From Amphiscolops sp. MND2022 (lineage: Eukaryota): 64,000 nucleotides of DNA. Location: assembly GCA_964187785.1 (NCBI GenBank), contig CAXLNC010001105.1, forward strand, positions 1 to 64,000, written 5' to 3'. Of this stretch, positions 1-13,224 are shown piece after piece. Numbering within the stretch: position 1 is the first letter of the stretch; each line of letters opens with the position of its first letter. A model generated the notes under the pieces. That model saw nothing but the letters and a program-made list of their open reading frames with translations. It made no database searches and was not told where the DNA came from. The position numbers were made by a program, and so were the translations under genes.

Positions 1-688
1 ATCTCAAATCGAACCTCTAAAACAGCAGCGATTTTTGAAAAATGATAGAAATGAAAGTTTTTTAGATTTTCATCTAGTTTACAAATATGTTTATTTAAAG
101 ATTATGCGATGAAAATTGTAGAAGTTACGATAGGCCATTTTTAGCCAAATTTAGGTCAAAATTGAGGTTTCTCACTTTTGGTCTACTTTTGCAATAGTTT
201 GAAATAAACCGACTTAAAACAAGCTCATACTTATGCATCTTCAATTTTTTTCTCAAAAATATTGTAAATTCTAAATTTTCGGGAAAATTTTTTTGTCAAA
301 CTTCTTTTGAAATAAAAAAAATGTAACTGGGTCAAAATTTTCAAAATATAAAAAATGAATTGGAAATAGCCCTCCAATGAAATGAGCGCATGAGACCTTA
401 ATTAGCCAATGAGATTTGTTTATTTGCTCTTTCCGCGTGCTTTGTTGCTTTTAATACAGTGTAGGACGCTGAAAATTTGCAAAACATTCAAAATTCCCGA
501 ACCAATCAGATGGAAGATTAAATTTTCTAGATAGACATTCAAAATTCCGAAATGGACATTCAATTTTAGTAATCCCCAAGCAGACCACTGCTCGCATACC
601 GCTGGTAATTAGGATTGAAAGTTTGCGCGGCTATGCGAAGCAGAATTTTCATTCTTTCCACCTCTAGTAATATGATAGTAGCGTGTGC

Positions 689-1066
689 TGTTACGACTGT
701 TTACCGGTGTTGTTTTAGAACTAGTCGCAGTGTTTGTCTTCACGGGAGTAGACGTCCTAGCTACGGAAACATCCTCTGATTCAGAGTCGGAATCTTGGGT
801 ATTCACGGGAACTGGACGTTTTTTATTCAAAGGTGCTATTAGTTTGAATATCTCTTTCTGGTTTTCAGCGAGTATCTTAGTCAAGTCTGACATAGTCTCT
901 TTTCTCAGAGATGTTTTCATCTCTTCTAAGTCCTCAGTTTCAGTTCTAGGGTTTTACTAGGACCAGGAACTAGGTTCTCAGCAAGACTGCTTTCTACTAC
1001 AGGGGTTTCGAAATCTCCAGAAGCTAGCTCTGCCACAACTCTTCTCTTTTGGCTTCTAGTTGTCAT
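689..1066 (-). pseudogene. Gag N-terminal segment encoded inside the solo LTR (frameshifted)
   Basis: ATG at 1066 gives MTTRSQKRRVVAEL..., then a frameshift to ...KTTPVNSRN, which runs off the LTR end at 689. Same layout as the LTR-encoded Gag N-termini at 19199 and in 40229-40615. Confidence 0.65.
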
Positions 1067-3009
1067 TTTTAGGCGAGAAAGAAAGAAAATCTTTGGAAAT
1101 ATTGTATTCTTCAAAGAAAAGTTTGTTTTCTCAATTGAACGTTTAAAGTAAGTGCGATTACAAAGTTGACTATCTAAATTTTACATGTTTGGGTATATAT
1201 ACTTTCCTAGCATCATTTGTTCCTCACCTAAAAATTCCTAGGTATCACAAAAATCGGGTTTTTTTCACTAAAAAGCGCTAGTGATTCAAATCATTTCAGC
1301 TCGGCGTCATAAAATCAGGTATCAAAATTCCTAGTTGCGTCGTTCTTCCGTAAGTATTGTTGAAATCATTTTTGTTCAGGCAATTCCATTTCCTGTCTGA
1401 GCTTCAAAATTGCGGCAAAATAAAAGTCTAGTTTAATTTCCATCGACGAAAGCACCCGGCATGAACACTTAGTCATTTCCCAAGTTAAGAAATCTAAGTT
1501 TGCAGTAAAAGTATTACACTCAAAAATATCGACGGAATTAAAGCGGAACAAATAAACATGGAAATGGTGAATATTTAAATGCTAGGAGGGAACAAATGAT
1601 GCTAATTTGGTGTCAACAGATGAACAAACATTATGGCAGCAACAGAGGTATACTGTAATGATTAAACACGAACATTTACAACGGAAACACTCCGTTGGTA
1701 TAACAACCATCATTAACAAATCCAAAGTTAACATGAAAATCATTGTCCATACAGAGGGTAGTATAAAACGGTACAAACTTCAATCAGCGGTTGTTTGCAT
1801 ATAGTAGAAATGGTATAAAACATCAGACATCAGTACTGGGCTATAATTGCAACAAATGCACAAGTTTTCATGGTTTCAGTGACTACACAAATTCGGAAGA
1901 TCACGATAGAAACGTTTTATACATGAAATAGTCCTCCGTTGCATATTTGTTTTCAAAAATACATCACGTGTGATAAAGGGAAAATTCTCCGAACTAGAAA
2001 ACCTTCATTAGATGTGTTAATCACAACGCGAGTTATTCGTGTTCTTCCTTTGACACTGCTTCAGGCTAATACTTCAATTTTCCTTACAGTACAGCTTGTT
2101 TCACATAAGACCTTACTCTAAGACATTTCTTAAATGCGTTAATTTGAAAAAAGGACGCTTAGCGCCAAGTATTCATTCAATTGGTTGTTCTATATTCATT
2201 GCTTCGTTTATTGTCCCGTAAGCACTCCGTACGTATTAAGATTAGTTATAGCTAAACAATTGGAATACAATCTTACAATCCCCCCGTAGATGCTCCGTAC
2301 GTATTAAGGTTGGTAATAGCTGAGCGCTGCTAGCTTGCGGAGACAGAGCGGATAGCGTAGGCGAATTCATTCTTATTCTCTCGCTTAACTGGCGTTGCTA
2401 TGGTAACTAAGAATGGCGTAAAGCGACGCTATTGGTCCGTAAGAATAGAAACACCTACTCCTTGAGCACGTTGAGTGACGTTGTCATATCGTTGTAAACA
2501 TTCTCTTAAGTTGCTTGATTGTATTCTTAAGTGAATATTAACAACTACTCAATCACTGGAAAACAATTCCATTATACTATTTGTATGTTCTTTCATTTTA
2601 GATTGTATGAATTCCGTTGGGATCTCGGAATTAAAATCTATGTTTTGTTTTAGTGTGGAACAGCAAAAGAAATGATCCCGTTAGAAAAATGTTTCTGTTT
2701 TGGTATTTAGATTGGCATGGCAAAAATCAGAAGATGAAACCGGAAATAGAAATTAGCATTGCGCGTGAAAAATGTTAGACCGGAAGTTTTAACTAGTTTT
2801 AAAAGATCATTTCCTGAAAATATTCCGTAACGCTTACGTTGAATTTCGGAAAGTTATCTACAATCTATCTAGCTGTACTGTAAGTAGAATTAGTTAAAAC
2901 GACTAATAATGAGTTTAGTAAAGTTTACCTCGGCCTTGTTCTTGGCCTCTTCCAAAGTTTGGGATTCCCCCGCAGCAAGAGTAATCGCGACCGGGAGCGG
3001 GTCGTGACA
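689..3009 (-). mobile_element. Solo LTR (Ty3/gypsy type) with 5-bp TSD
   Basis: Termini TGTTACGAC (689) and GTCGTGACA (3009) are near-perfect inverted repeats with TG...CA ends. Identical TGTGC flanks at 684-688 and 3010-3014. Confidence 0.8.
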
Positions 3010-3892
3010 TGTGCTAATTTTGAATATCTATTTTGTTAAAATTGAATGACTAATTTATAGAATCAGCCAATTGGAATCAAGATTGATAAAACAGACTGAT
3101 TTTGGAAAACAAATTTCTATGTCGTTTTGCAAATTTTCAATAATAAATATGACCGTACTGTAGTTTACAATGTTCTTAATTTAGAAGTTCATAACAGTGA
3201 ATCAAAAAGTTGGCACTACATTTGGCTGAGATAATTTTCTGTACTTGCGACAAGTTTTACGCTGGGGATTTTTCGACGAGTTTTTTGAGATTTTTTCTGG
3301 TACACTGTGGATTCTAGAATATTCTAAAACACTCGGAAAGTATAAAATATCAGATCAACGAAGGAATTCAGAAACAGGTGCTTTTAATGATATAGAACTT
3401 GATTGAAGAATTAGAGCTTAAACTTTTGACTTACTCGTTTCAAATTTTTGACCAAGTTTTCAAAGCAATCGACTGTTTTCATTAAGTTCGCATGATTTTT
3501 TGGAACATTGCGGGAACTCCAATAAATTTAACCACAATGCTATCATGCATCAATTGAAAGAATCCAAACTAGAATTGCGCATGATGCAATAAAGACCCAA
3601 ATCTTGAACTACATAAGTTGAACTAGTTGCACAAGCGAACGTTATAATTTACCCAAGTTTTGCAATCAAACTACCAACTACGTTCACTGTAAAATGCAAA
3701 CTCTGTAATTTGTTAGCCCGAGCAGGGCAACAAATACGAATTCAAATATTCATAAATGCTCATAAATGCGCGTCATATAAACTGGATAAAAACAAGTTCT
3801 ATTCTTTCATGTGGTGTGGGGATGTAGGGAATGGAGGGGGAGTTTAGAGGTGTTTCGAGAAGGGGTGAAGGGGTTGGCTGGTGCTCACTCAC

Positions 3893-4022
3893 CTATGACG
3901 ATGGCTGTCTTGGTGCTCTGGATGGCGACGGCGCCTTGGTCCCTCTCGATACACAACACTGTCTTATCGTCATCCGCCCTCAGGACCATATACGTGACGC
4001 CTTCCACGCGAATCCCACCCGC
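3893..4022 (-). CDS. Profilin, coding exon 2
   Basis: Acceptor ttttgttcAG (4024-4023) and donor GTGAGT (from 3892). The 130 nt translate in phase with exon 1 as AGGIRVEGVTYMVLRADDDKTVLCIERDQGAVAIQSTKTAIVI, a typical profilin core. Not in the ORF track. Confidence 0.9.
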
Positions 4023-4134
4023 CTGAACAAAAAATACCTTGCCTACGTCACAGCTGTTTTCACCTAATTAATTTATATTCAATATTGAAAGACGCCCCCC
4101 GCTAAGCATCAAATACTTCCGCCACACTCGTATT

Positions 4135-4470
4135 GTAAACAAGCCGGGAACGGCGCCATATCCAAGGCTCAAAAATAGCAAAAATGACTTCAAAATTTCA
4201 AAGTATTGGTGAATTGGGAACCCTTTCATGAAATTTTTTTTTGAAAAAGTCGCACAGTGCCGAAAAAATCTAAAGTGTAGATTTGGTCTCGTCCGGTATT
4301 GTATGTTACGCGGGAAACTTTTTTGGTTAAGTTCCTTGGGCCAAGAGGTACATTTCTGAAAATTTTGTAAAACTTTTGGTAGAACTATTTTGGTCAGTTC
4401 AGGTGGTCTTAAAAAAACTGACGACAAGCCATGCCTATAGTCGACTCTTTTCTTAAAAAGACCCATGAGC
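4135..4470. repeat. MITE-like interspersed repeat in profilin intron 1
   Basis: Shares the aacaagccgggaacgg...atatc(c/t)aaggct end motif and cgcacagtgccgaaaaaa with 57890-58560, and related motifs with 49660-50030. Confidence 0.6.
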
Positions 4471-4930
4471 TACTGACTGGCAGGCGGACGCCCAAACAAA
4501 TCGGCCAACTACAGTAACTAAATGGATTATATCACCAAGTGAATTTTTGGCAGAATGTAGACAAAAACGCCACACAGATGGTGATTTTCGTCCCTCTACA
4601 CAGATTTGCAAGGGCGGAAAATAATGAGTCGGTGATTATTAAACAAGAACACTTTGCTTCTACACTGTTAAGAGTCCGAGCTTTTTCAACTAATCGTGAA
4701 CACGGCTGTATTAATGGCTTCTAGAAGAATCTTCACAAATTCCTGAAACCACCGGTTTCTCAGCAACTTTTACACTCCATAAAGGTCGATAACACCACAA
4801 AAGGCACGCATCATCAAACGAGGAACCACAAGACATTGGATGTCGCCGCCGTACTTCAAGTCAAAGGGGCTCGCAACACGCTTTCACGAATTAGTTATAA
4901 CTGATTGGTTAGTTAGTTGATTGGTCTAAC

Positions 4931-5122
4931 CTGGAAAAGAGAGAAGTCTCCAGACTTTAAAACACGGGCGATGTCAACTGCCTCTTGTCCCTGGAACACA
5001 AGGCCTAATCCGTTGTGGGCGGTAGTCCAGGGAGCTCCCCCGTCCAAGCTAATGATGGCCGCCTTGTCCGCGTATCCACCGGCGTGGCTCAACAACTTAT
5101 CGATGTACGAATCCCAAGACAT
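4931..5122 (-). CDS. Profilin, coding exon 1
   Basis: MSWDSYIDKLLSHAGGYADKAAIISLDGGAPWTT...DFSLFQ (64 codons) is a canonical profilin N-terminus. Ends CAG|GT, phase 0, giving a 908-nt intron (4930-4023). Candidate 5'UTR acceptor tttcAG at 5140-5139. Confidence 0.92.
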
Positions 5123-5149
5123 GGCGAAAAGCAAAAATCTGAAACAACT

Positions 5150-8100
5150 CAATTCTACCGATACGGCATAATAACAACTCAGCCATTTTCAAAAACCAAG
5201 TTTTGCACAACGGAAACCAAATGGCATACTGCGCCTACTAGTCGACCTGCGAAACAATCAATGTGCTAATCTCGGTTGATTACATCAACAATAATCACCC
5301 AGTCAGCACTTTATCAGACGCAGCCCATTACCTAGCTGGTAAAACTCTTTCGCAAGCTGGATTGTCCAGAGGCATATCATTGTCTGCAAATGGCAGATCA
5401 AAGATCAATAGAAATGCTAGCTTTCAACTTCGCAAGCAGAACCTTTGCATACAAACGCCTAGCACAAGGACAAAGCAAAAAAAATATCAGCTTCCTCCAG
5501 TTTAATGAGAAAATATTTGGACACAATAATCAAAGGTGACCAGTGTGCGCAATACGTCGACAACATTCGATTAGCTACCAACTCAGTGACGCAACACATA
5601 CGCAATATCCGGGCAGTATTTCGATGCATCAGAAAAGCAGGATTGAAATTCACAATTGAAAAATGCCATTTTGGAGTAATTGACGTCGAATTTCTTGGGA
5701 GAATCATAACAACACAAGAAGTAGCCCCCAAGACTAAAAAACCCAAAAATTCCTGGCAAACGTCCGATTTCCAAAGTAAAAAAAAAACAAGTTGAAATAT
5801 ATATTTGCTTAGTCAACTACTACCGCAATTACATCACGCAGCTGTCAGAAAAACTACTTGGATTTTACGACCTTTCAATAGCGGACAAGCAAGAAAAGAT
5901 CACAGAGGAATTACTAAAAAACTACAAAGCGATTAGCGCAGCGCTTGCGGAAGCATGCGGATTTGCTCTCAAACAACCAATCACATGACGACAATACAAT
6001 ACGTCTTAATGACGGGCGCCAGTTTCCGCGCCTCAGGCTATGCACTAATGATGGAAGAAAACGACGTGAAAAACTGACTTCGAAGAAAAATATTTGCACC
6101 AGTCGCGTTCGGATCAAAAGTGTTCTCTCCAGCACAATTGAACATGCCATTCTACTGCACGAAGTTCTCAGCAATTTACCATGCAATTTTGGATTTTTTG
6201 ATATCTTCCGGGAAACAACATTACCAACGCTTGTATTAACTGGCAATCGATCAGTCACACGTTTCTTTCAAACAAAAGCAATCCCCCCACAATATGAAAA
6301 GCATGTGATTACGTCTTACACTTTAACCTCCATATAACGCACGTAGCCGGGACGCAAAATACTGACATCGACATTCCATCAAGAATTGACCTAAATCCCA
6401 AAGAGCGAGTCGAAAAAGAAAGAGGACATTCCAATCAGACCGGTACAAGTCAACTTACAATCAACAGATGTCGCAGATGGATAACAAGGTTTCTTCCTAC
6501 CAAAAGAAACAATCGAAACTGAAGAAGAAATTCTATTACAGTCCCCAAACCAATAGACGAAGCCTCCAATACATTAGGGGCGATAAAAGAAGATGCACGT
6601 ATCAAAGTCGAACAAGACAAAGATTTAGTGTTCAAAGCAATGAAACGAAAACTGATATGTGAAGAATACGATAAATACCTGCTCCAAACAGACCCGAAAA
6701 CCAAGAGTACGGATATCTCATGAGCAAAGACTACGGCGAAAGTGGACAAGTCACACATCATCAGATAATAATCCCCGAACATCTGATAAATAAATTATTC
6801 AAAACAATACACGGACAGATGGGGAAACACCCCGGAATAACCAAATTACTCCAAGAATGCAGATCAAAAGATTACAGTTCCGGTTTAGCAAAAAATTAAA
6901 CAATGGGTCCTGAATTGTGAAGACTGCATAAAATACAAAAGAACCGCCAACATACAAATCCGACCGAAAGTGCTCAACAATACCGAACACGTCCTGGGAC
7001 TGGAAGACGTTTTGCATACCTAACGCAAAATCAACAGCACGAACAATTGGACGAGTATTGTCGACGTCATGACGACACCTGCATACTTGCCAACACCAAT
7101 CCTATCGGGAAAAGGGTCGCAGTTCCGTTCAGAGATGGTCGCAGAAATAACACAATACTAGGATTCAAAATTCAAACCAGCCACTTTTCTACAAAACAAG
7201 CACAAACACTTGGAACTTTGGAATGAACACATGCTTCTATCAAAGTCGCACTTAAAATATCCACGGGAGCACGACATTCGATGTGGCACAATAATGTACG
7301 AATAGCAGTCACGACTTACAATACGACCTACCACGAGATATTGCGCTGTTATCCTTCTACAGTTTTTCATGGATAAATACCCTGTAACGTACTCGACCTG
7401 AAAATAGGCATCATGTCCAAATGGAAAACTACCCTTAATACCGTCATAGCAGAACAACTACAGAAGCAAATTAAGCAAATTGACGAAGTGCGTAGGTCAG
7501 TGAAAAACAGCATCATTTTGTCCTACCTTTACTACAAAAATACTACCAGCGTAAAGCGTCAGCAGCCCCACTCAAAGTAAAAGACGACTGAGTTCTACAT
7601 ACTCAATCCGAAAGCTGATATCCATTCGACAAAAAAGATTGCACTTGGAAGGGACTGCGTAATAAAAGTGCTGTCAAACAACAACTACACAATCATGTGA
7701 AAAGTGGGACATGATGCACGCAAACGTTACATAGAATACGAATCCGTCCCTCTGAGCAACGCATGAATGACGTCACAGCACGAGCCAACGAATATCTACT
7801 AGACCCGGACGTCAAAACACCGCATAACGAACAGTATTCTACATCATAGGAAACGAAATTTGGCAATCACTTCGACGAAATCACAACAACAGAAGCAACG
7901 AATATTGCTGAAGAGACCGACAAGCAACAAATCACAGCAAAACGAATTGAAAAGCTCACAACGTCGAACCAACGTCACCGGACATTTCCAATCTTACTAC
8001 TGACGTAAGAGATAGTCCATATATACGTTGCCACCCACCCATTGAAAATCCACTCCTTTCCCCTTGATCAGAGCCTACAGTTGTCGGACATAATCCATGA

Positions 8101-8240
8101 AATGTAGCAAAGTACAATCTGAGACCTAATCCTAAACCTAATGTTAATCCTAACTTCAGACCACTTGACGCTATGACATCGACTCGCTAGGACTGCAAAA
8201 ACAATATCAGGAGTCCAGACCGAACTGATCCGACTATTTA
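5150..8240 (+). pseudogene. E1 pol remnant (RT, RNase H, integrase)
   Basis: Fragments YGIITTQPFSK, NNHPVSTLSDAAH, DQCAQYVDNI, KCHFGV..VEFLGR and RNase H- and integrase-like pieces, homologous to E2 pol. Many frameshifts. Confidence 0.9.
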
Positions 8241-8429
8241 TCATTTGTGGGCTTACTACGACCCTAAACCTTTTTTATTTAATTCTTCAACTCCTTTCGC
8301 TTTCTATTTTTTGCACTCAGAGTTTTTTTGACACACTAAACCTAGAAACAATGACAACAAAACAGATTATAAACAAAACAACAAGTTTATCATCATGAAA
8401 TAGACAATCTGTTTTCCCTCGGAACTTGA

Positions 8430-11395
8430 GGCTCCAAACAATTTTTTTATTAGAGACTCCCTTGCATTGCTTCAACAAAGCGGCTCGAATCCCAGTAGAT
8501 GCGGGTGCCTGCCGAGGCTGCCGTTTAACAGATGAACTACCATCCGCACGGGTGCACTACCCGGAACGGGACAACTACTTGACGATAGAACAGACGAAGC
8601 TCCACCAACACTTCTAGGAACTCTGCTGCGTCGATTAGCCACATGAAGCTGATCATAGGACTCTTCTTTCTTCCGCGACAAGTGACCCTCAAATAATCCA
8701 GTATTACGCTGATTAAAGGCGGCACAATTTCTCCCGAGACAAGAAACTATAATCCGCCAAGAGGTAACTCATTACGTCAGCAATCGTTTCAGCACTACTT
8801 TCAGACGCGGCATGGCGTTGTCGTGGGTCCACAACAGAAGTCACGATTTCTTAAGTCCCATACTTTGCCTCATCACTACTCAGGGAACCACTTCCCTCGA
8901 GGACTTTCAACTATTTGCTGAACAGGCGGAAGATGTAGCGGTCATCGCCCTCTAAAAGGAGGTCTGAACAAAAGGCATACATGCCTTGGAGAAACCCGAA
9001 AACACCAAGTTAGAAGACACTCCGGAATGACGTCAACCAGCCGGTCCATATATTCTTGATTTCGACATTCCTGCTTTTCATCAGTTGTACCGCGCTGTAT
9101 TTCTTGGCCGAATTCATGACTCAACAGAAAATCAGACGTGTTGATCTTCGTGATTGCATCAATCTTCGAGTCGTCGCTGTAAGCCTCCCAATCATTCATA
9201 TCGGGCAAACCTGATAATTTGCTGGTGCGGTACATCGAACAATACATAACCCGGCAAAATTCCATCCGACAAGGGAAACCGTAGTTGACGCACCCAGTCT
9301 GTTATGTTTTCAAGAGCAACGATCTAAACGCGCAAGTACGAAATCTGACTGTTTTTTGTCTAGCCTAGGCTGTCAGTATCTCGCATCTACAACACACAAC
9401 AAAACCTCAGTCTGTCATTTAGAAAGCACAACTACCCCAACTACCACCTCAAAAAAGGGGAAGCAATAATATCCATATCAATTTCAATGTTGATGCGACG
9501 AGGCCCAGTGTAGCGAACGAACTCCCTCAACGATTTCGACACAGTAATCAGTTCCGCAGCAACATCACGAATATCACTGCAAGACACAAGGGAAGCCAAT
9601 TTGGCAAAGGGCACACGCTTACAGAGGGCAGTACGTCTACACAGACATCGCGCTAAGAATTCCCTTCTCAAGAGCGCACAAGACATTGTTTTCAATCAGA
9701 TCGATAGACAGAGACCACGCTGTAGGCTTTGAACTCACTGATCCGGGCAATCACTGAACGCAGCACTCGTGGAAACAAAGCTCGACACACCAACTACTGA
9801 AACACGCACAGAATGGTATTAGAGAAACGACCACTAAGTGGCCCTGAGCGAACATTTACAATTACACATCAATAACACGAACAATATCAATCACCTAACT
9901 TAGCGAGAATTCATCGCGACTCCATGTCAAGCTGTACAGGAGATTCTCCGAACCCAGAGTTGTTCGGAATTGGCCCCACAGTCTTCGTGGTGGCAGATAG
10001 CTTCCACCACATCGAAGCAACTCGCCCAGACAGTTTACAATAGTCATCAAGGGGACACTCAAGTCAATACGGCTGCAGAATGGTAATCGATCCTCAGGCA
10101 AACTACTCCCCTCGGGCTTCTCTCTGAAAGGACGAGAAAACAATTACGCACTCGATCATCAGACAATTCCATTGGATCTTGCAGCTTGTTAAATATAGGA
10201 AGCCCTTGATGTACACGATATGTATCATCAAGCTGCCAATGTTTGTCTCCCGAGAGGTGATGGTTCATCTCCCGAAAACCTTTTTTGGCTGGATGGAGAC
10301 GTCTCCTTCTAGACAAATCATACAGTAGAACAAAGTCACTATGCCAGTGCTTGACCCACTCATGAATAACCCATACACCGGATGGTCATTGACCATATCA
10401 CGGCGGAGTCGTGAGGGGCCAATACTCTCCACATTTGTCTCGACCCGAGCAACTAACTGGTCAAACTCTGTAACAACACGAAGAATACACACATTTTGTA
10501 AATAATGCAAAAACAGGCTCACCCCAGCAAAACACAACGCCCCCACAACATGCACCATAATACTGGTCATCAATACGACAAAACAAGACTTATGGATGCA
10601 CCGGGGACAAAGTAAAACATACTAACCGGCAAAAAAGACTCAACAATCCGAGTCTCGAACCCACATGTCACGAGTTCTCCCAACAGAGCAGCCTGCTTAG
10701 AAGGGTATGCAACAACTCCATCATCCGTCGCTTGATCGTCAGTACTTTCTAACTGCACTCGACCAGACTGTGGAGTTGCAGATGACCGAACGCTACGATG
10801 TCGTTTCCCAGATGATGCCGTCCCAGAGGCCACATCAAGATCAGGCAATGTCACTACAAACGTAAAACGCGCCAAATTACAACAAAATTGATGAATTATA
10901 AAGACAGAGGTTAACTACAATACGCATTACTATCACAAAACATTACCTCGTTTTACTGCTCGAGAAGATTCCAACGCATGCAGAAAAGGAGTGTACCGTG
11001 GGGAAGGACTTGTACATTCGTTGGCTCCAACTGCAGGGGTTACTTCCTTTCCGTCCACAGTTGTCGCTCACCGCGGGGGCAAACGACCGCACCTCCGTGA
11101 GTTGGGACATCACTTCCAGCGACAGCAACGCCCTGAGAAACCACTGGAGTACTCTCAGAAAGAAACGTAGAGAGGGGCTCATCCAAATTTTTTTGATGAG
11201 AAGAAGGACAATCAGGAGGAAGTGCAGCTCTAATTGCAACAACGTTGAGGGTAGTAGTAGTTGGCGTCACAGCCTCAGGAAGTAAACTGGCGGGAGAAAA
11301 CAGAATAAGGTGGAACTACAACAGTAGCCAAGCCGGCAGCAAAACAATCGACAGTAAAATTCATCAGGAACTGCAGGAAGTCCTGGAACTGGCAT
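8430..11395 (-). pseudogene. E1 antisense accessory gene, multi-exon, BED-ZnF / hAT-like
   Basis: Colinear fragments: FYCMICLEGDVSI...DKHW (C-x2-C...H finger-like), WSRDEFS|LVCRALFPRVL, WEAY...NTSDFLLSHEF and YLLADYSFLSREKLCRL. Clean 93-nt GTAATG...TTGTAG intron (10946-10854) joins SRAVKR|VTLPDLDV in frame. Confidence 0.65.
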
Positions 11396-12106
11396 TAAAA
11401 CAACATTCCCAATGAACACAAGTCAAAAAATCTCGTGGAAATACATTGTGGAAAAAGCCTTTCTTTGTGTAAATTATTGTATTATTCAAGGAAGCTTAAT
11501 GGATCGGGAAATAATAAACTCACCAGCAATTGCTTGGGCAATCAGGACTTCAGCGTCACTTTCTCGTACGTTTCCTTCAGAGAAAACTGAGTTTCGTTGC
11601 TGCTCTGAAAGCCAGGGTCGGCAAAGTGCGGAGAATCATTCTAGACAGCAATTGCAAAATACAAACAAAGTTAAAGTTAAAACAAATCTGCATTGAAATG
11701 ACCCCATGGCGACGTCTACAGTGGAAAAAGGAAACGGAGCAGCCAACAAAAGACCTCAGCAAAACGTTGACAATAGGGTTAACTGGAATAAAATAATCCT
11801 ACAACAAACAGAATGGAAGTTAGCAAAACGTTAACAAAACTGACGTCATCGAAACGATGACAAATACTTTGAAAGTAGTTGTCCGCTATTAAAACTGATG
11901 TCATCAAAACGGTGAGACAAATGGATTGGAGTTAGCTAAGCGCTAACAAAATTGATGACAGCAAGATGTTGACAACGTTGGTCAAACTAGTTAATTCAAT
12001 TCGTGGCCAAAAAACGCGTTGTTGGCAAAACATCATCAGCTGGGGTTGAAAGGATTAAAACGATTGTTAACCAATTATAAAAAAGGGATTTAGCCCGCTA
12101 ATCCTA

Positions 12107-12870
12107 ATGAATCCTAAATTCATAGTCAAACATTCAACAACAACGACCGAGAGCGAAACAATCCACAACTGTCAACAGCAGCTGCGCTATAAAGATGAAC
12201 AGTCTCAAAAATGTTTACGAACTAATCGACATTTCATCAGCGAGCTAAGACGAAGAAATACCAGAGAGAGCCTCGACACCGCTCTCACGAAATGCAGCAC
12301 CCAATTACAGGGTAGCGTTAGTAATAACACTACAGAAGTCCCTCAAGTCAGGAGAGTACCCTCAATCAGAAGAGGCAATAGAAATCCGACCCGACAACTA
12401 GTTGCCGGACAGTCGAGAACGTCTAACTACATTCGAAGGCTCAGAATAATTTATTGTGGAGAGCCACAGTACTGTAGGAACCCAATCAATAACATCTCTG
12501 TGATATCTAATCATTTGAAGCAAGTAGCTCGAGAAGACTCGAAATCATTCTCCAACTCTCATCCTGGTCCGTTGCGGAAATAGGTGCCGGACCTAAACCG
12601 ACCGCTTAACGCCATAGAAGACCCAAAAGCAAATCTTCGCTCGAGAGACGAAGCAGAAGATACACAAGCAATCGAAATCCAGTACACTCATCGCTTGCCT
12701 TTCGCACAACAACTCATGTTCAGACCCTTGACGGTGGTTCTGTCACAGTCCGCTTCCAGACTGGCTTGTGGATGTACATGAGTAGTGATCGGAGGAGGCC
12801 ACAGTTTTACCTCAAAATTATTCAGTTGGTTTTTCAACTATTAGACTTAAAACTTCAAATAAATATACTG
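12107..12870 (+). pseudogene. E1 sense accessory ORF of unknown function
   Basis: ATG 12107, 158-aa ORF continued after a stop by a 65-aa fragment in the same frame. Lies between the spacer and the 3' LTR. Confidence 0.5.
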
Positions 12871-13224
12871 TGACTTAATAGGAAACATGCGTCTATTTTG
12901 CGCAAAGCTGAAATGAAAATGATTACAAATTAATAGGTTGAAACAATTTCACGCATTTCTGCTAAAGACGTTTAAGTCACGACAGAAACAAAAACATTCT
13001 CCAACGGAACACTAAATTGCGTCTTCTAGTCGTGATCATAGACCAATTTAAATTAAAAATGTAATCGGAAATTATCTCTCAATAGAATAAATACACAGAA
13101 CTGAATCAGAAAGTACACTGAAACATATTTTCACTTTGAACGGCAATTAATGCGGATTAGAACGATGACGATGAAAGGTCGTTAATTAAATAAATATGGC
13201 GGTGCAGCCTGGTATTAGTATATT

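Noticed and set aside
555-688. Candidate profilin exon 3 at the solo-LTR target site (AG|CA CAC gives IVI-A-H and ends ...GLLGDY*)
   Set aside because: Beyond AH the 41-aa peptide does not resemble the profilin C-terminal helix and is too long; probably coincidence.
3811-4067. Plus-strand ORFs (71 and 78 aa)
   Set aside because: Shadows of profilin exon 2 on the minus strand.
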